Origin: Blasia pusilla
Taxonomy: Eukaryota
Direction: 5' to 3'
Assembly (NCBI GenBank): GCA_050084515.1
Contig: CM114271.1
Location: 24,428,001-24,492,000, forward strand
Length of the DNA stretch: 64,000 nucleotides
Under the pieces are notes generated by a model, which was not told where the DNA came from, made no database searches, and was given only the letters and a program-made list of their open reading frames with translations. Below are positions 30,801 through 42,030 of this stretch, piece by piece; position 1 is the stretch's first letter; every line of letters begins with the position of its first letter. Position numbers and translations under genes: made by a program.

Positions 30801-32200
30801 TTAACATTGGCTGCCATTTCTTGTTATTTTTGTTTATTACTCACTTCCTTTGTTTGCCGCTACTATATTGTCACTACCTACAGTTGCTCTTGGATGTTTG
30901 CAACATCTACCCAAAATGGAATACTTAATGTTGAAATGACCATCTAGGATGGTGGTTATGTCTTCTAAGGGTGATGAGTGTGCTACATCTGGTTGTATCC
31001 ACCATTGATACTTGAGATAACGACAAGCAAGATCCACTCTCGTATTTCCATTTTTTCTAATATCTTGTCACCACTACACAACTTCTCCTCAAATTTTTGG
31101 GGAGCTTCTCTCCCTTGAATCTCAGCATCATGTCTGTAGATCCAAAGTTGATACCATTACTTGGTCCGTGTACAATGCTTTGCTCTAGAATCAATGAGCA
31201 CCAAAAATCTAGTGCAAAATTAAAGTCATAAAAGTTCTTGAAGACTTGGTTCAATTTTATCTGATCAACTTGTCTCCTTATTGCAATACATATCCATAAT
31301 GTTCCTAATTTGTGATCTACCCAATAGAGCATACATCCTACAATATTAGACTCATTTAACTCCTAACTTCAAGTACTATGAGTACCTTCCACAATATTCA
31401 TATAATATCCACCATGGTGGCTATTTTCTAGTTGTGTTTTTAAGTGACTTGAAATTAGCCATAGTCTATGTATAATATGAAATCAACTACTGTCTGAAAT
31501 AAAAAGTGATTATCTTTTTCCAGACTAAAATCTTGAAGATGGGATGCTCATTGCCATTGGATGTTTTCTACAACTTTAACTTAGTTATGGACTCTCTTGC
31601 TGATCATGGTTGCAAAAAAATGGACAAGTCTGTCCCTAGGATGGACATGTATGGATATGTCCAAGGACATGGATTGTAAGAGGTGGGACCCACACTTTAT
31701 AGTTCTTGATGGAAGGTAGGGCAAGGGCGATTGGGGCAATAAGGGGGGAGGAAGTGGGGGTGGAGGGAGGTAGAAACGGGAAAATATGAAATACATAAGC
31801 AAGTGGGGGGAATGAGAAAGAAGAGGAAGGTGCGGCGCACATGGACAAGTCCTTCAATAGGACGAACGTAAGTACAAGGACATGGAATTTGTCCATATGC
31901 AACCTTGTTGCTAATGAAGGCAACCCATAAGCCCCACACCTCTCTTCTTCTCATTGACTACTGAATATACCCTTCTCATCCACAAGAAAATTATGTCTAT
32001 TTAGGTAAGGACAATCTTCGACCATAAATGAGACCATTGAAACTTTGGGTTATCCATTGCTATCCATTTGGCATCATGGGAGGTAAACACTAAGACAATG
32101 AACAACATAATGACAGTTTCGCAAAATATTTGACTTGACTCTCATGTATGAGGTAGCGGGAGGTAGACTTGCCTCTTGCATGCCACCTTGGTCGTGGTAA
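27900..32200 (-). mobile_element. Heavily decayed L1-like LINE remnant
   Basis: ORF 29699-30142 contains VVRLVNVLPKNYIKQTTYFLAWRS, resembling the non-LTR RT motif (A)xRLxxVLPxxIxxxQxxFxxGR. Endonuclease-like and ORF1-like traces upstream are weak. Boundaries approximate. Confidence 0.45.
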
Positions 32201-32665
32201 GGAGAAACTTTGTTTTATACTACCATCATAAATCTTCTTAATACAATAGATATCTATGAGAACATTTGTTGTTATGTGTAATAGATCCTATGTAACATGA
32301 TAAGCATTAAGCTTTCCAAAGGGCGATCATAAGGTTGAAGGTTCCTAAGGGGGTCTACTTAAACAAATGTCTCAAGTTTCATACGGAGAAGGAAGAAAGA
32401 ACCATTTATACTATAACTAGAGTATATCCTAATGCCCTATGCCTTTCCCAAGATTAATCACAATTTTCAAAGAACGTTTTCTTGATGTCCATAGTAAGAA
32501 AAATGTGTTCTTGCTGCTCAAGTATCATGTTTCAATCATACTAGAATTTGAAATTTAAGAAAGGGTTCTTCCATAATATTTTCTAATGTAGAGCATGTGC
32601 CTTACATGAGATTGATCATGCTTCATATAAATTATTTAAAAATAAATAAATTTATTGTTACCCGT

Positions 32666-33998
32666 TGTCGTATAGTAAAATCAACCAGTGTGTAAACTCC
32701 TTCCTCATTAAGTGTTAGATAGAGTTTTATTAGTATTAAGTAAATTGGCTTAGAAAAAGAAAATTCTTGTGTTTAAACCTCTTTATGGTGCCTCTTTTAT
32801 GCGGGCCCAACTTTAGGAAAATAGGTAATAAATAAAAGATGACTTTATAAAAGTAAAATAGTGAGGTTGCGGGCCCAACTTTAGAAAAAAGAGATAATAA
32901 ATAAAATATGACTTTATAAAAGTAAAGTAGTTGCTTTAATGAAAAGCAAAAGTAATTTTGGTTGGTGGCTAGGGTAGTTGGGGTAATTTGGAAAATATCG
33001 AGTGGGTAAAAGAGGATATTTTGGAAGAGATAAGAGGAAATCTACTTGTGTCAAAATATGATTGGCTAAGCCTTGAGAGGAAGCCATGTGGCACAAGATA
33101 AGATTAGCTCTATTTCGTACTCTTGTGGATCCCTTGTAAGTATATAAAGAGGAGGGACCTTAAAGGGTTCATCACCTTCTATTCCACATCTTGAGTCTTT
33201 CATGTCACTCTTGAGTGTATGACTTTGGGATTTCTTGCTCTTTCAATGTGAGTGGATCACCCCTCTTGGGTGAGTAACTTGACCATGATCTATTCTTCGA
33301 GAGGTTTCTAGAGTGTGGTGTGTGTGTGTGGAGATGAGAGGTTTTTCACCTTAGAGGAGTTTAGTAATACTAAAATAGTGAATTTTTTGGCTTGTTACTT
33401 TCCCAATGAGAGTGGATTACCCCTCTTCGGAGAATAACTCCGCCAAAACCCATTGTTGAGGAGAGTAGAGAATGTCTGTCAAGCATGGATAGGGATGGAG
33501 CACGAGTTGTGCTCGACTTTCCTTTCCTTAATCCATACCTTACTCTTTGTAGATAGGCACTGGTTCACTCGCTATTTAGTTTATCACTTTGGGGAGGCGT
33601 TCATGAACCAGGTTATTCAATCTCCAACTCCGGTGATCCTTCTTATGGTCACATATGGAAGGACATGGGATTGTACTTTGTATGTCCTTATATAGCAATC
33701 CATGGACGTCAATAGGCCTGCTCAAGTAGGGTTTAATACTAATTGTGCTATCTTCCTCGTTTACAAGCGTAAAATAGTTTATAGGGATTTTATAGTTAGG
33801 AATTTTGGGGTCCGATGTTACGAAGAAGTGATCGCCTCGGCACTTCCATTTGTGATACCTGTCATGAGAGAATGGAGAGTATACATAATAATTTTATATT
33901 GAAAAAGAAGATCTTCTCAGAGAATTCATCTTGCATCGACCACGTCTGCCGCAGCTAGAAGGCCTGCCCTTACTCGAAGAAAGGTTCTCGACACGACA
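32666..33998 (+). repeat. 5' LTR of gypsy family A
   Basis: TGTCGT...ACGACA terminal inverted ends. TATA-like TATATAAA at 33141. Matches 39935-40273 and the reverse complement of 1-1205. Confidence 0.93.
33702..33902 (+). CDS. LTR-encoded 66-aa small protein (ORF-b), copy 2
   Basis: Intact ATG-to-TGA ORF. 37 of 66 residues identical to the family B LTR homolog, and 18 of those 37 use different synonymous codons (manual count). Confidence 0.62.
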   Translation: MDVNRPAQVGFNTNCAIFLVYKRKIVYRDFIVRNFGVRCYEEVIASALPFVIPVMREWRVYIIILY

Positions 33999-34000
33999 AA

Positions 34001-34018
34001 TGATGCTTCCACTGAGAG
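34001..34018 (+). promoter_or_regulatory. Primer binding site, tRNA-Thr-like (degenerate)
   Basis: TGATGCTTCCACTGAGAG lies 2 bp after the LTR end. It resembles TGGTGCTTTCATTGAGAG, the complement of a plant tRNA-Thr 3' end. Confidence 0.65.
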
Positions 34019-34064
34019 ATCTTTGAGGCGGTAGATTGTGTTTGCAAGTTGGATTCTTATCAAG

Positions 34065-36355
34065 ATGACTACTTTTGGTAGTACTTCATCAATGGGAACT
34101 GAGGGAGTTGAGGATCTTCTCCGAACTTTGACAACATTGTTGAGCCAACAAGGAGGAGTTCACATAGGAGAGCAAAGATCAACAAGGGCTCTTCAAGCGA
34201 TTGTAAAGAAGTTGGGGAGATTTAATGGGAGGAACATCACCAAGTATGTTCGAGAATACGTCTATGAGATGGAGGTAAATCATGTACCCGAAGGTGATAT
34301 GGTGTCAAGTTTTGAGTTAGTTGTAATACCAGAGATGCGTAGTCAAGTGAAGAAGTTGAGAGCAGAAAATTCGACCTCGTGGGAGGAGTATGAGCAGTTG
34401 CTGAAAGGAGAATTCTTCGATGATGATGTGGATCGAGTGACTAAGAGGAGTTTTTTAGAATGGATAGAGCAACGTCCAGGGAAGGGAATGACTCCAAATT
34501 AATTATTGCGTGAGTTTGAGAAGCGGTTTTTTCAGCTTTCTTCTTCTGGAAGAGCAACTCTAGACTTGAGGAAAACCGAGTTATTCCTTGAGACGGCTGA
34601 CGAGAATTTGGAGGACAAGCTTTTCATAATGTTGGCGGACAAGACCGAAGAAGGAGGTGTCAGCACTAATTGGAAGAAAGTGGAAGAAGCTGTTTCTATC
34701 CTTACAAAGCAAAATCGAAGTAGAGGTAGAACCGCACTATTTAAGTCGGAGGTATTAATTTCAAATCCATTGCCTAAGCCTGTTTCAACAAAACTTGAAG
34801 ATTCTGCTATAGATGAGTTGGTGAAAGGTTTGAGAGAATTGAGAGTATAAATAGAAAAGTTTAAACTTGATAGGAATCCTAGTGTTGGTGCTCCTTTGAT
34901 AAGTAGGAACTTTGTGAGAAGATGTATATGGTGTGATAGTGTTGAGCATCAACCTCAAGAATGTGAAGAGTTTTCAGAAGCTCTTAGGAATGGAATAGTA
35001 AACTTCAAAGATGAGAAGATTCATTCAACGTAGAATGATATGGCGTTGAATACCAACTTTGGTAGAGGAGGAATTAAAGGCTTAGTGAGAAGTCAAGTAG
35101 GAGTTGCCACTACGACATTAGATTCTGATACCTTTGTAGTAAAAATAGAAGCGCCTATTGTATCTGTAGCTAAAAGTGAATCATTACAATTTCCTCGAGA
35201 AGTGATGATACGAGGAGCAGAGACTATCCGTCATCTGACTGGATCCAATGGAAGTTGGGTGTGTTAAAGCATACCTACCACAAGAGAAACATGTGAGTTG
35301 GCAAGATGCTAGTGTGGAGGAGAAGAGGAGACGCGACAATGGTGGTGCTAATCTCGAGGAAGCTGCAAGAAGAGCAAGGACCGCAAGAAGGAAAGGGCAA
35401 CCAGAGGCGCAACCATCAAGAGAAGAAGGGCCTTCTACATCTGAATCTATGATGGATTCTCAAATGAAAGAAGGTGGAATGAAGGAGAAAGAATTGAGGT
35501 CTTCCCAGAAGACCAAGGGTAAGACTCCTACATACAAGTTGCAGTCTGATATAGAGACAAGCACGAATTTAAAGGAGATTCTTGAGGAGAGGATTAATAT
35601 TTTGGATGCAAAAATAGAGTTTTCTTTGAGGGAAGTCTTGGGCATAGCCAAACGTGACTTTCATGAGTTGATCATAGATATGATCAAAAGAAAAAGGCAG
35701 ATGACTTCAGATATGGTGATGGTGAGGGCATTGGATACTGACATCAAAGAAGAAGAAGATGAAGAGCTTTACCAAGTTTTTGGATAAAAGCTTGACTTAC
35801 AAGGAGAAGAGGCGAGAGTATGAGAAGCCTTGATAAAACAAGGTGAAGAAAGACACAATGGTGAACACTATTCTCAGTCATATTGGGCGCGTGCAACGAC
35901 GGAGGCTAGAGTTCGACTCGGCTCTCTCCAAGAGTCAGTTATGGCTCTCGTTGATCATGGTTCGGAGATCAACATCATGTTGCAAAGTATATACGACAAA
36001 GGGATGTGGCCAATTGATACAGGGCATGGATGGGTAGTACGAGCGGCTAACAACCAAAAAGGTGAACCCTACGGTGCTTGTCCATCCGTCAAAACCCGTA
36101 TCGGAGATGTGTTAATTGAGCAAAATTTCTTTGTTCAGAATGGAGCTGCTTATCCTGTGATTCTTGGGCAACCTTACATCACAACATCTAGTGGAGACCA
36201 AAGTCATGGATGATGGGTCTCATTATGCCCGTATTAGAAGTCAAGATGGAACAAGATCAGTTCAATTCCTTCTTGTACGAGTAGGTCATGAAAGGAATAG
36301 AGAGAAGTTGAGAGATGGTCCTATGAAGGTAGAGAAAGAGTTTTCGGATTTTTAG
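34065..36355 (+). pseudogene. gag-protease ORF of gypsy family A (stops and frameshifts)
   Basis: ORF fragments 34038-34850, 35248-35787, 35830-36213 and 36164-36355. Motifs RFNGRNITKY, zinc knuckle, VDHGSEIN and YPVILGQPY. Confidence 0.88.
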
Positions 36356-39300
36356 TTAGCACTCCTGTAGAGCGGGAATATGGGGATGCAGAGAAAAGAA
36401 AGAGTCTTCCGCTAGGAGAAAGGGAAGAATCATATATGTTTAGGTGTGGGTTTTCTCAATGTTTTTCTCCGTGGTCTAGTAGATTCCAAATGATGAAAGA
36501 AATGAATGAAAAGAAAAAATGTTTTATTAAAAAAAAGGGTTTGTTAAAATGTGAGGGTGTTCTATTAGATGAAGAGTTCATTAGTGGGATGTATGAAGAA
36601 GAGGGTTTTGGAGATATTCTTGAAGAGATGTTTACCCAGATGAGCACCGATTCGCTGGATATAAGTGTGATTACAATTCACTCGCGTGAGTTGCATGAAG
36701 AGATATCAAGGTTCATGGAAGGAGAAAATGAATATGAATCTACGGAGAAGGAAGCGGATGGGCACGGGTTTGAGTCTGACGAACATCCCATGGAAGCACA
36801 AGTGCACACAAAATACAAGAAAGTGGCCTAGAAGGTGAAACCAATGGCTACTCAACTACCACAGGGTTGTGGGAGACAAGTACAACGTGCATCAATGGAG
36901 CCAAGTCTGCGGGATGTCAAGAAGATAGGATACAAGTTCACAGAAGAGACGCTAGATCGTCTGCAAATCGGAGGGGGTGAGTTTCTCACAGAAATTGAAA
37001 GAAAAAGCTTTCGGGAGATGTTAAGGAGACATGGTAAGGCTTTCTCTTTTATTACACAAGAAATTGGTTATGTAGACACGAGTGTGGTGACACCGATGGT
37101 AATTTTCACAGTTCCACATGTGCCTTGGGATTTGAAACCCATACGAGTACCACGAGCTATGATTCCCAAGCTGATTGAGTTATTGAAGGAGAAGATGCAG
37201 ATGGGTATCTTAGAGCCATCTATGGGACCTTACTCGAGTTGATGGTTCACTATGCCGAAGAAATCAAGAGCTCTCCGATTCATTCAAGATATACAACCGA
37301 TAAATAAGGTAACCATTCAAAATATGGGAGCGGGGCCTAGAATAGATGAAGTCGCAGAAGCTTTTGCAGCCCGTGCTATCTATTCTATACGAGATTTGCA
37401 CTCAAGATATGATCAATTCCAATTAGCTAGAGAGAGTAGAGATATTACCACTATGCGCACTCCACTTGGGCTTGTAAGAATGTGCACATTACCTCAAGGA
37501 GCAACAAATTCTGTCGCTCACATGCAGTGTGCAATGAATAAGATCTTGAGAGAGTTCATTCCTGAGAAAACCATTCCTTTTGTAGATGATATCCCTATAA
37601 AGGGATGTGCAATAGAAGATAGGATTGAGAGGGTTGTGAAAGATGGGTGTAGAAAGTTTGTGTCTGATCATATTCGTGATGTGGATGTGATCCTAACAAG
37701 ACTAGAAGAGGTCAATCTTACTCTTTCTGGAGAAAAGTGTAGCTTTGGGGTTCCTCAGATTGTGGTAGTGGGTCATCTTTGTGGAGAGTTTGGCCGAAAA
37801 CCAAATCCAGAAAAAGTAGATGTCATCGAGAGGATACGAGAATGCAAAAACGTCACCAAAGTGAGAAGGTTTTTAGGAGCTTGTGTGTTCTATCAGGTGT
37901 GGATTCCTCATTTTAGTTACATACGTGATCCTTTGTATGAGTTGTTGAGAAAGAAGAAGAAGTTCACTTGGGAGAAGAAGCAAAGAGTGACAATGATGCA
38001 GTTGAAGGAGGCATCGAAGTCGCCACCAGTTCTACGATAAATGAGTTACGAATGCGGAAGACCTATTATCATCATAGTGGACACTAGCCCTATTGCTATC
38101 GGGTGGGAAGTTGGGCAGGATGACGCGGAAGGAAGAAGATTTGCGACAAGGTTTGGAGCTCGTACACTCACGGAACGACAGAGGAGGTACCCTCAGGTAA
38201 AGAGGGAGCTTTGGGGAGTTGTAACTGCAATGAAAGTTGAGAAGGAGTATCTTATGGGAGCCTATGTATTGCTTGAGATTGATTGTCTACCTTGGTTAGA
38301 TATGATTGTGAATTGTACAACTCCAGATATAGCCATGCTACGTTGGATAGCCTACATTAGGTCCTTGAATCCACATTGAAGCATATAGCTGGGAAAGAGA
38401 ACTCAGTAGCTGACATGTTGTCTAGAGTTAGATTTAGTCAAGAAGAAGATATGGAGGCAACTGAGATAGATGAGGATGATGCTCATGTGTGGCAAGTGTT
38501 ATCTCAAGAATGAGGTGGCATAGAGGATGTTCTAGTCTTCAAAGAGAATTTGTATGAGGGCAGGTTAAAAGAAATTGGGTGTTATTTAAGCACTCTGCAA
38601 AGAGACGGAGGGTGGACAGACAAGTTCTTCAAGGAGATCCGGCGCAAGGCGTATGGCTATCTACTACAAGATGGATATCTTTGGAAAAGGCCAAAGAGGA
38701 AAGATGGAATGCCCTTGAAGGTGGTGGATGACAATGGGACAAAAATGCAAGTGCTCAAAGAATTCCACAATTCTTTATGGGCGAGTCTGAGGTACTTGGG
38801 CAACTTTCACCAAGATAAAAGAGAGGTATTGGTGGAAAGGCCTATATAAGGATGTTGAGAGATATGTTGGGTCGTGTGTTGAATGTCAGTTTCAATCAAA
38901 AATCAGGGTGAGAGATGGACTTAAACCCACGTATCCTTTGTCTATTCATCATCAATGGGTTATAGATCTAGTTGTTATGCCACTAGGTCTTTGGGGAATG
39001 CGTTACCTGGTCCTAGCACGAGAAGAGTTGTCCAACTTTGTAGAAGGGAGGGCTTTGCGGGCTAAAACAACAAAGCCTATATGTCGTTTTATTCTAGAGG
39101 ATATTATTACTCGATATGGGAGTGTCGGGAGAATCCATGCAGATAGAGGTGAGTTGAATGCGGAGGAAGCACGAGAGTTCTTCAAGAGATATGGAGTCCA
39201 GTTGAGATTAACAACCTCCATGAATCCTGAGGCAAACGGCAAGAGTGAAAGGGGACATCCGCCAATCATTCAAGCATTGGTAAAGCCGTGTGGAGATCGT

Positions 39301-39840
39301 TATGCTGATTGGCCTAGATTACTTCCATTTGCTTTATGGGCAGATAGAACCACTCATAGCACCCTTACAGGGTCCATGCCTACAGAGTTTATGACAGGTC
39401 AAAAGCCGATAATGCCAGTAGAAGGAGATATATCCACTTGGATGGGTTTGTCGTGGAAAGACGGGCTCGATAGGGAAGAGCTCCTAGCACTTCGAATGCA
39501 GCAGCTAGAGCGGCGAGAAGAAGATATTACATAAGCATTAGTCAAAATGAAGGAAGCAAGGTTGAAAAATAAGGAGCGCTTCGGCAAAACTCATCGACTT
39601 CGGAAGGAGCCGATAAGAGAAGGAGATTGGGTCTTGATGCATGACAACAGCCTCGACAACCAGCATAGTACAATTAAGAAGTTTGCACGTCGTTGGTTTG
39701 GTCCATACGTTGTAGTCTTTGCTTTTGACAATGCCACTTACAAACTACGTGAACTAGATGGCACAATTCTTAAGCTGCCCATTGCAGGAAAAAGGGTCAA
39801 GATTTTCCGTAGACGTGAAGGATTTCTTGATTTTGATTGA
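36346..39840 (+). pseudogene. pol (RT, RNase H, integrase) of gypsy family A
   Basis: VHTKYKKVA, LPQGATNS, FVDD, VDTSPIAIG (RNase H), WVIDLV...ADRGE...NGKSERGH (DDE). In-frame stops at 36829, 37240, 38038 and 39532, plus frameshifts. Confidence 0.93.
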
Positions 39841-39934
39841 ATGTGTCTAGAGGCACAACATAAATAAGTCTATAGCAAGAAGTCTCAATATTTTCGGCAC
39901 ATACCGGAGGATGTGCAGGTTTTGAGGGGGTGAA

Positions 39935-40273
39935 TGTTGTATAGTAAAATCAACCAGTGTGTAAACTCCTTCCTCATTAAATGTTAGATAGAGTTTTATT
40001 AATATTAAATAAATTGGTTTAGAAAAAGAAAATTCTTATGTTTAAACCTCTTTATGGTGCCTCTTTTATGCGCGCCCAACTTTAGGAAAAAAGGTAATAA
40101 ATAAAAGATGACTTTATAAAAGTAAAGTAGTGAGGTTGCGGGCCCAACTTTAGAAAAAGGAGGTAATAAATAAAAGATGACTTTATAAAAGTAAAGTAGT
40201 TGCTTTAATGAAAAGCAAAAGAAATTTGGGCTGGTGGCTAGGATAGTTGGGATAATTTGGAAAATATTGAGTG
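39935..40273 (+). repeat. 3' LTR of gypsy family A (5' part only)
   Basis: Follows the PPT GAGGGGGTGAA. Matches 32666-33004, including the internal duplication, then breaks off. Confidence 0.92.
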
Positions 40274-40980
40274 TGTCAAAGTTTCTTCCATGGTCACTTC
40301 GACTTTCCGCTAGCCCTATACTACCACTTTAATATAAGGTTAAGATATACACCTGCCAATTTTGCACAAGAGAGACTACAAAAGGCAATGTTCACGCAAT
40401 GACTTCATCATAAAACTCTTGGCCAAACTTCCTCACCATAAAATCTCTATATGCTATCTTAGATCGACAAACCACATGGACTATACACTGAGTGTTAAAA
40501 AACACTTGTGGGGGCCTATTCAAATCCATTCCCCATGTTACGTCTTTTAGGATAGATCGATAAGATCTAGTAGAGCGCCTTCGCGAGTAGTGCAAGACAT
40601 GCTCACGAGGTCGAGGACGACATGCTGAGGCCCCGGGAAACCTGAGAGAGCAGGTTTCTCCTTCGTTTCGGCTCATTTGGAGCCATATTGAGTAAATTAC
40701 TATTTTAGGTAAGTACCATTTTGAATACATGATTAACTTTCTATTTTGGGAAGTGGCCCTTGACCTCTTACATTAGGTCAAGATCCAAAGAGATGACTTG
40801 GGATATAGGTTACCATGGAGAGAGCTTGGTAGAAGGGAGGGATATACCTCAAGGAGAGAGAGCTTGAGAGCTCACTCTCTCTTTGTTGAACCTCTTGGCA
40901 TGAGGCGGCGGAACTATGATCCTCCTTGCCTTGTGTGTGTAACCCATGCCTCTCATTAGGAGAGTGGGTTTGGTTTGACA
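40274..40980 (-). mobile_element. Solo-like LTR of a related gypsy family B
   Basis: TGTCAAA...TTTGACA inverted termini. Starts exactly where the family A LTR breaks off. Contains an ORF-b homolog near its 3' end. Confidence 0.75.
40329..40529 (-). pseudogene. ORF-b homolog in the family B LTR (one premature TGA)
   Basis: MDLNRPPQVFFNTQCIVHVVCRSKIAYRDFMVRKFGQEFYDEVIA*TLPFVVSLVQNWQVYILTLY*. Gap-free alignment to 33702-33902. Confidence 0.65.
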
Positions 40981-41895
40981 TGAGAGAAAGTGCGCATCAT
41001 GGAGAGCTTGGTGTGAGATGTGATGTGAGATCTACTTATTTTTACAAAGAGAGAATGAGAGAATGAAGATTTGAGAGCTACGATGGAGGAGCTTGTTGGT
41101 GTTTGTTGTTTGTTGCAGGTTGGAGGACCGTGTTCCGTGCTTCATGGCTCACAAGAGTTCTCATGGGAGTAGGAGCCATTCGTTTCATGTTATTTCTTGT
41201 TGATTGTTCGTTTAGAAGATTGGCGCGCGGAAGCCCTGCCCAAATTTCGGCAGAGATTGAGTATGGGGGCAGGTTGCTCCATGTCGGTGCTCTCGGGAGT
41301 ACCATGTAGCTCTCTAATTTGTTTTTTTAATAGGTTTTAAATTTTTTTTGGAAGAAATTAGCGCAAAAGCGTTGCCAAAATTTATGTAGGAGAAGAGACG
41401 TTGGGATTTACGAGAGTCCCCGTCAGTCTTTATTGGAAGGTCCAATTCAAAATATCTTTTGACGCCGGCATAAATCGTGAAGTTTTGCACGTTGTGCAAA
41501 AAAAAGTGCACAATTTGAAGTTGCGAGCAAGTGATCGAGACAGTGCGATCCAGCCACGAGCCGCACGACACAACAATCGGCGGCGCGTTGCAACTACGGG
41601 TGTCACGACACAGTACTCGATCGTCGTCGAGCGGCTACCAATCACAACATAGCAAAATGAAATAAAATCTCAAACACCATAACTCGAGGTCACTGGCCAT
41701 CACTGGTTGATGATGAAACTGCGATAATGGTGGCGGCCACAACAAAGTACGTGGTGGCGGCGCAGTCAAAGAATCAATGGTCGTTGTGGAAGACCGTCCT
41801 CTCCGTAATGACGGCAATGGCAACAAACGGCGGACAACGGCCGAAAGCAGCTATGAGCAGCGATAGGCGGTGGCGGCGGTCAACAGTCGACAGTG

Positions 41896-42030
41896 GACCG
41901 TTGATGATGTAATGATGACGGTGACGGTTGATCGTTGACAATGACGGTGGACCGTTGATGACGTATCGTTGACGGTGATGGTTGATCGTTGATGGTGATG
42001 GTTGACCGTTGATGACGACTATGACGGTGA
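41896..42030. repeat. Imperfect 54-bp tandem repeat (about 2.5 units)
   Basis: GACCGTTGATGA recurs at 41896, 41950 and 42004. Confidence 0.8.

Larger units (their letters stand above)
32666..40273 (+). mobile_element. Ty3/gypsy LTR retrotransposon, family A (no chromodomain); decayed, 3' LTR truncated
   Basis: 5' LTR 32666-33998, PBS, gag with CIWCDSVEHQPQEC knuckle, protease ALVDHGSEIN, RT IPFVDD, RNase H, integrase, RWFGPY tail, PPT 39924-39934 and 3' LTR starting at 39935. Domain order PR-RT-RH-IN. Confidence 0.96.

Noticed and set aside
39547-39840. Chromodomain at the end of pol
   Set aside because: Only the GPY-type integrase tail is present; no chromodomain motif before the PPT.
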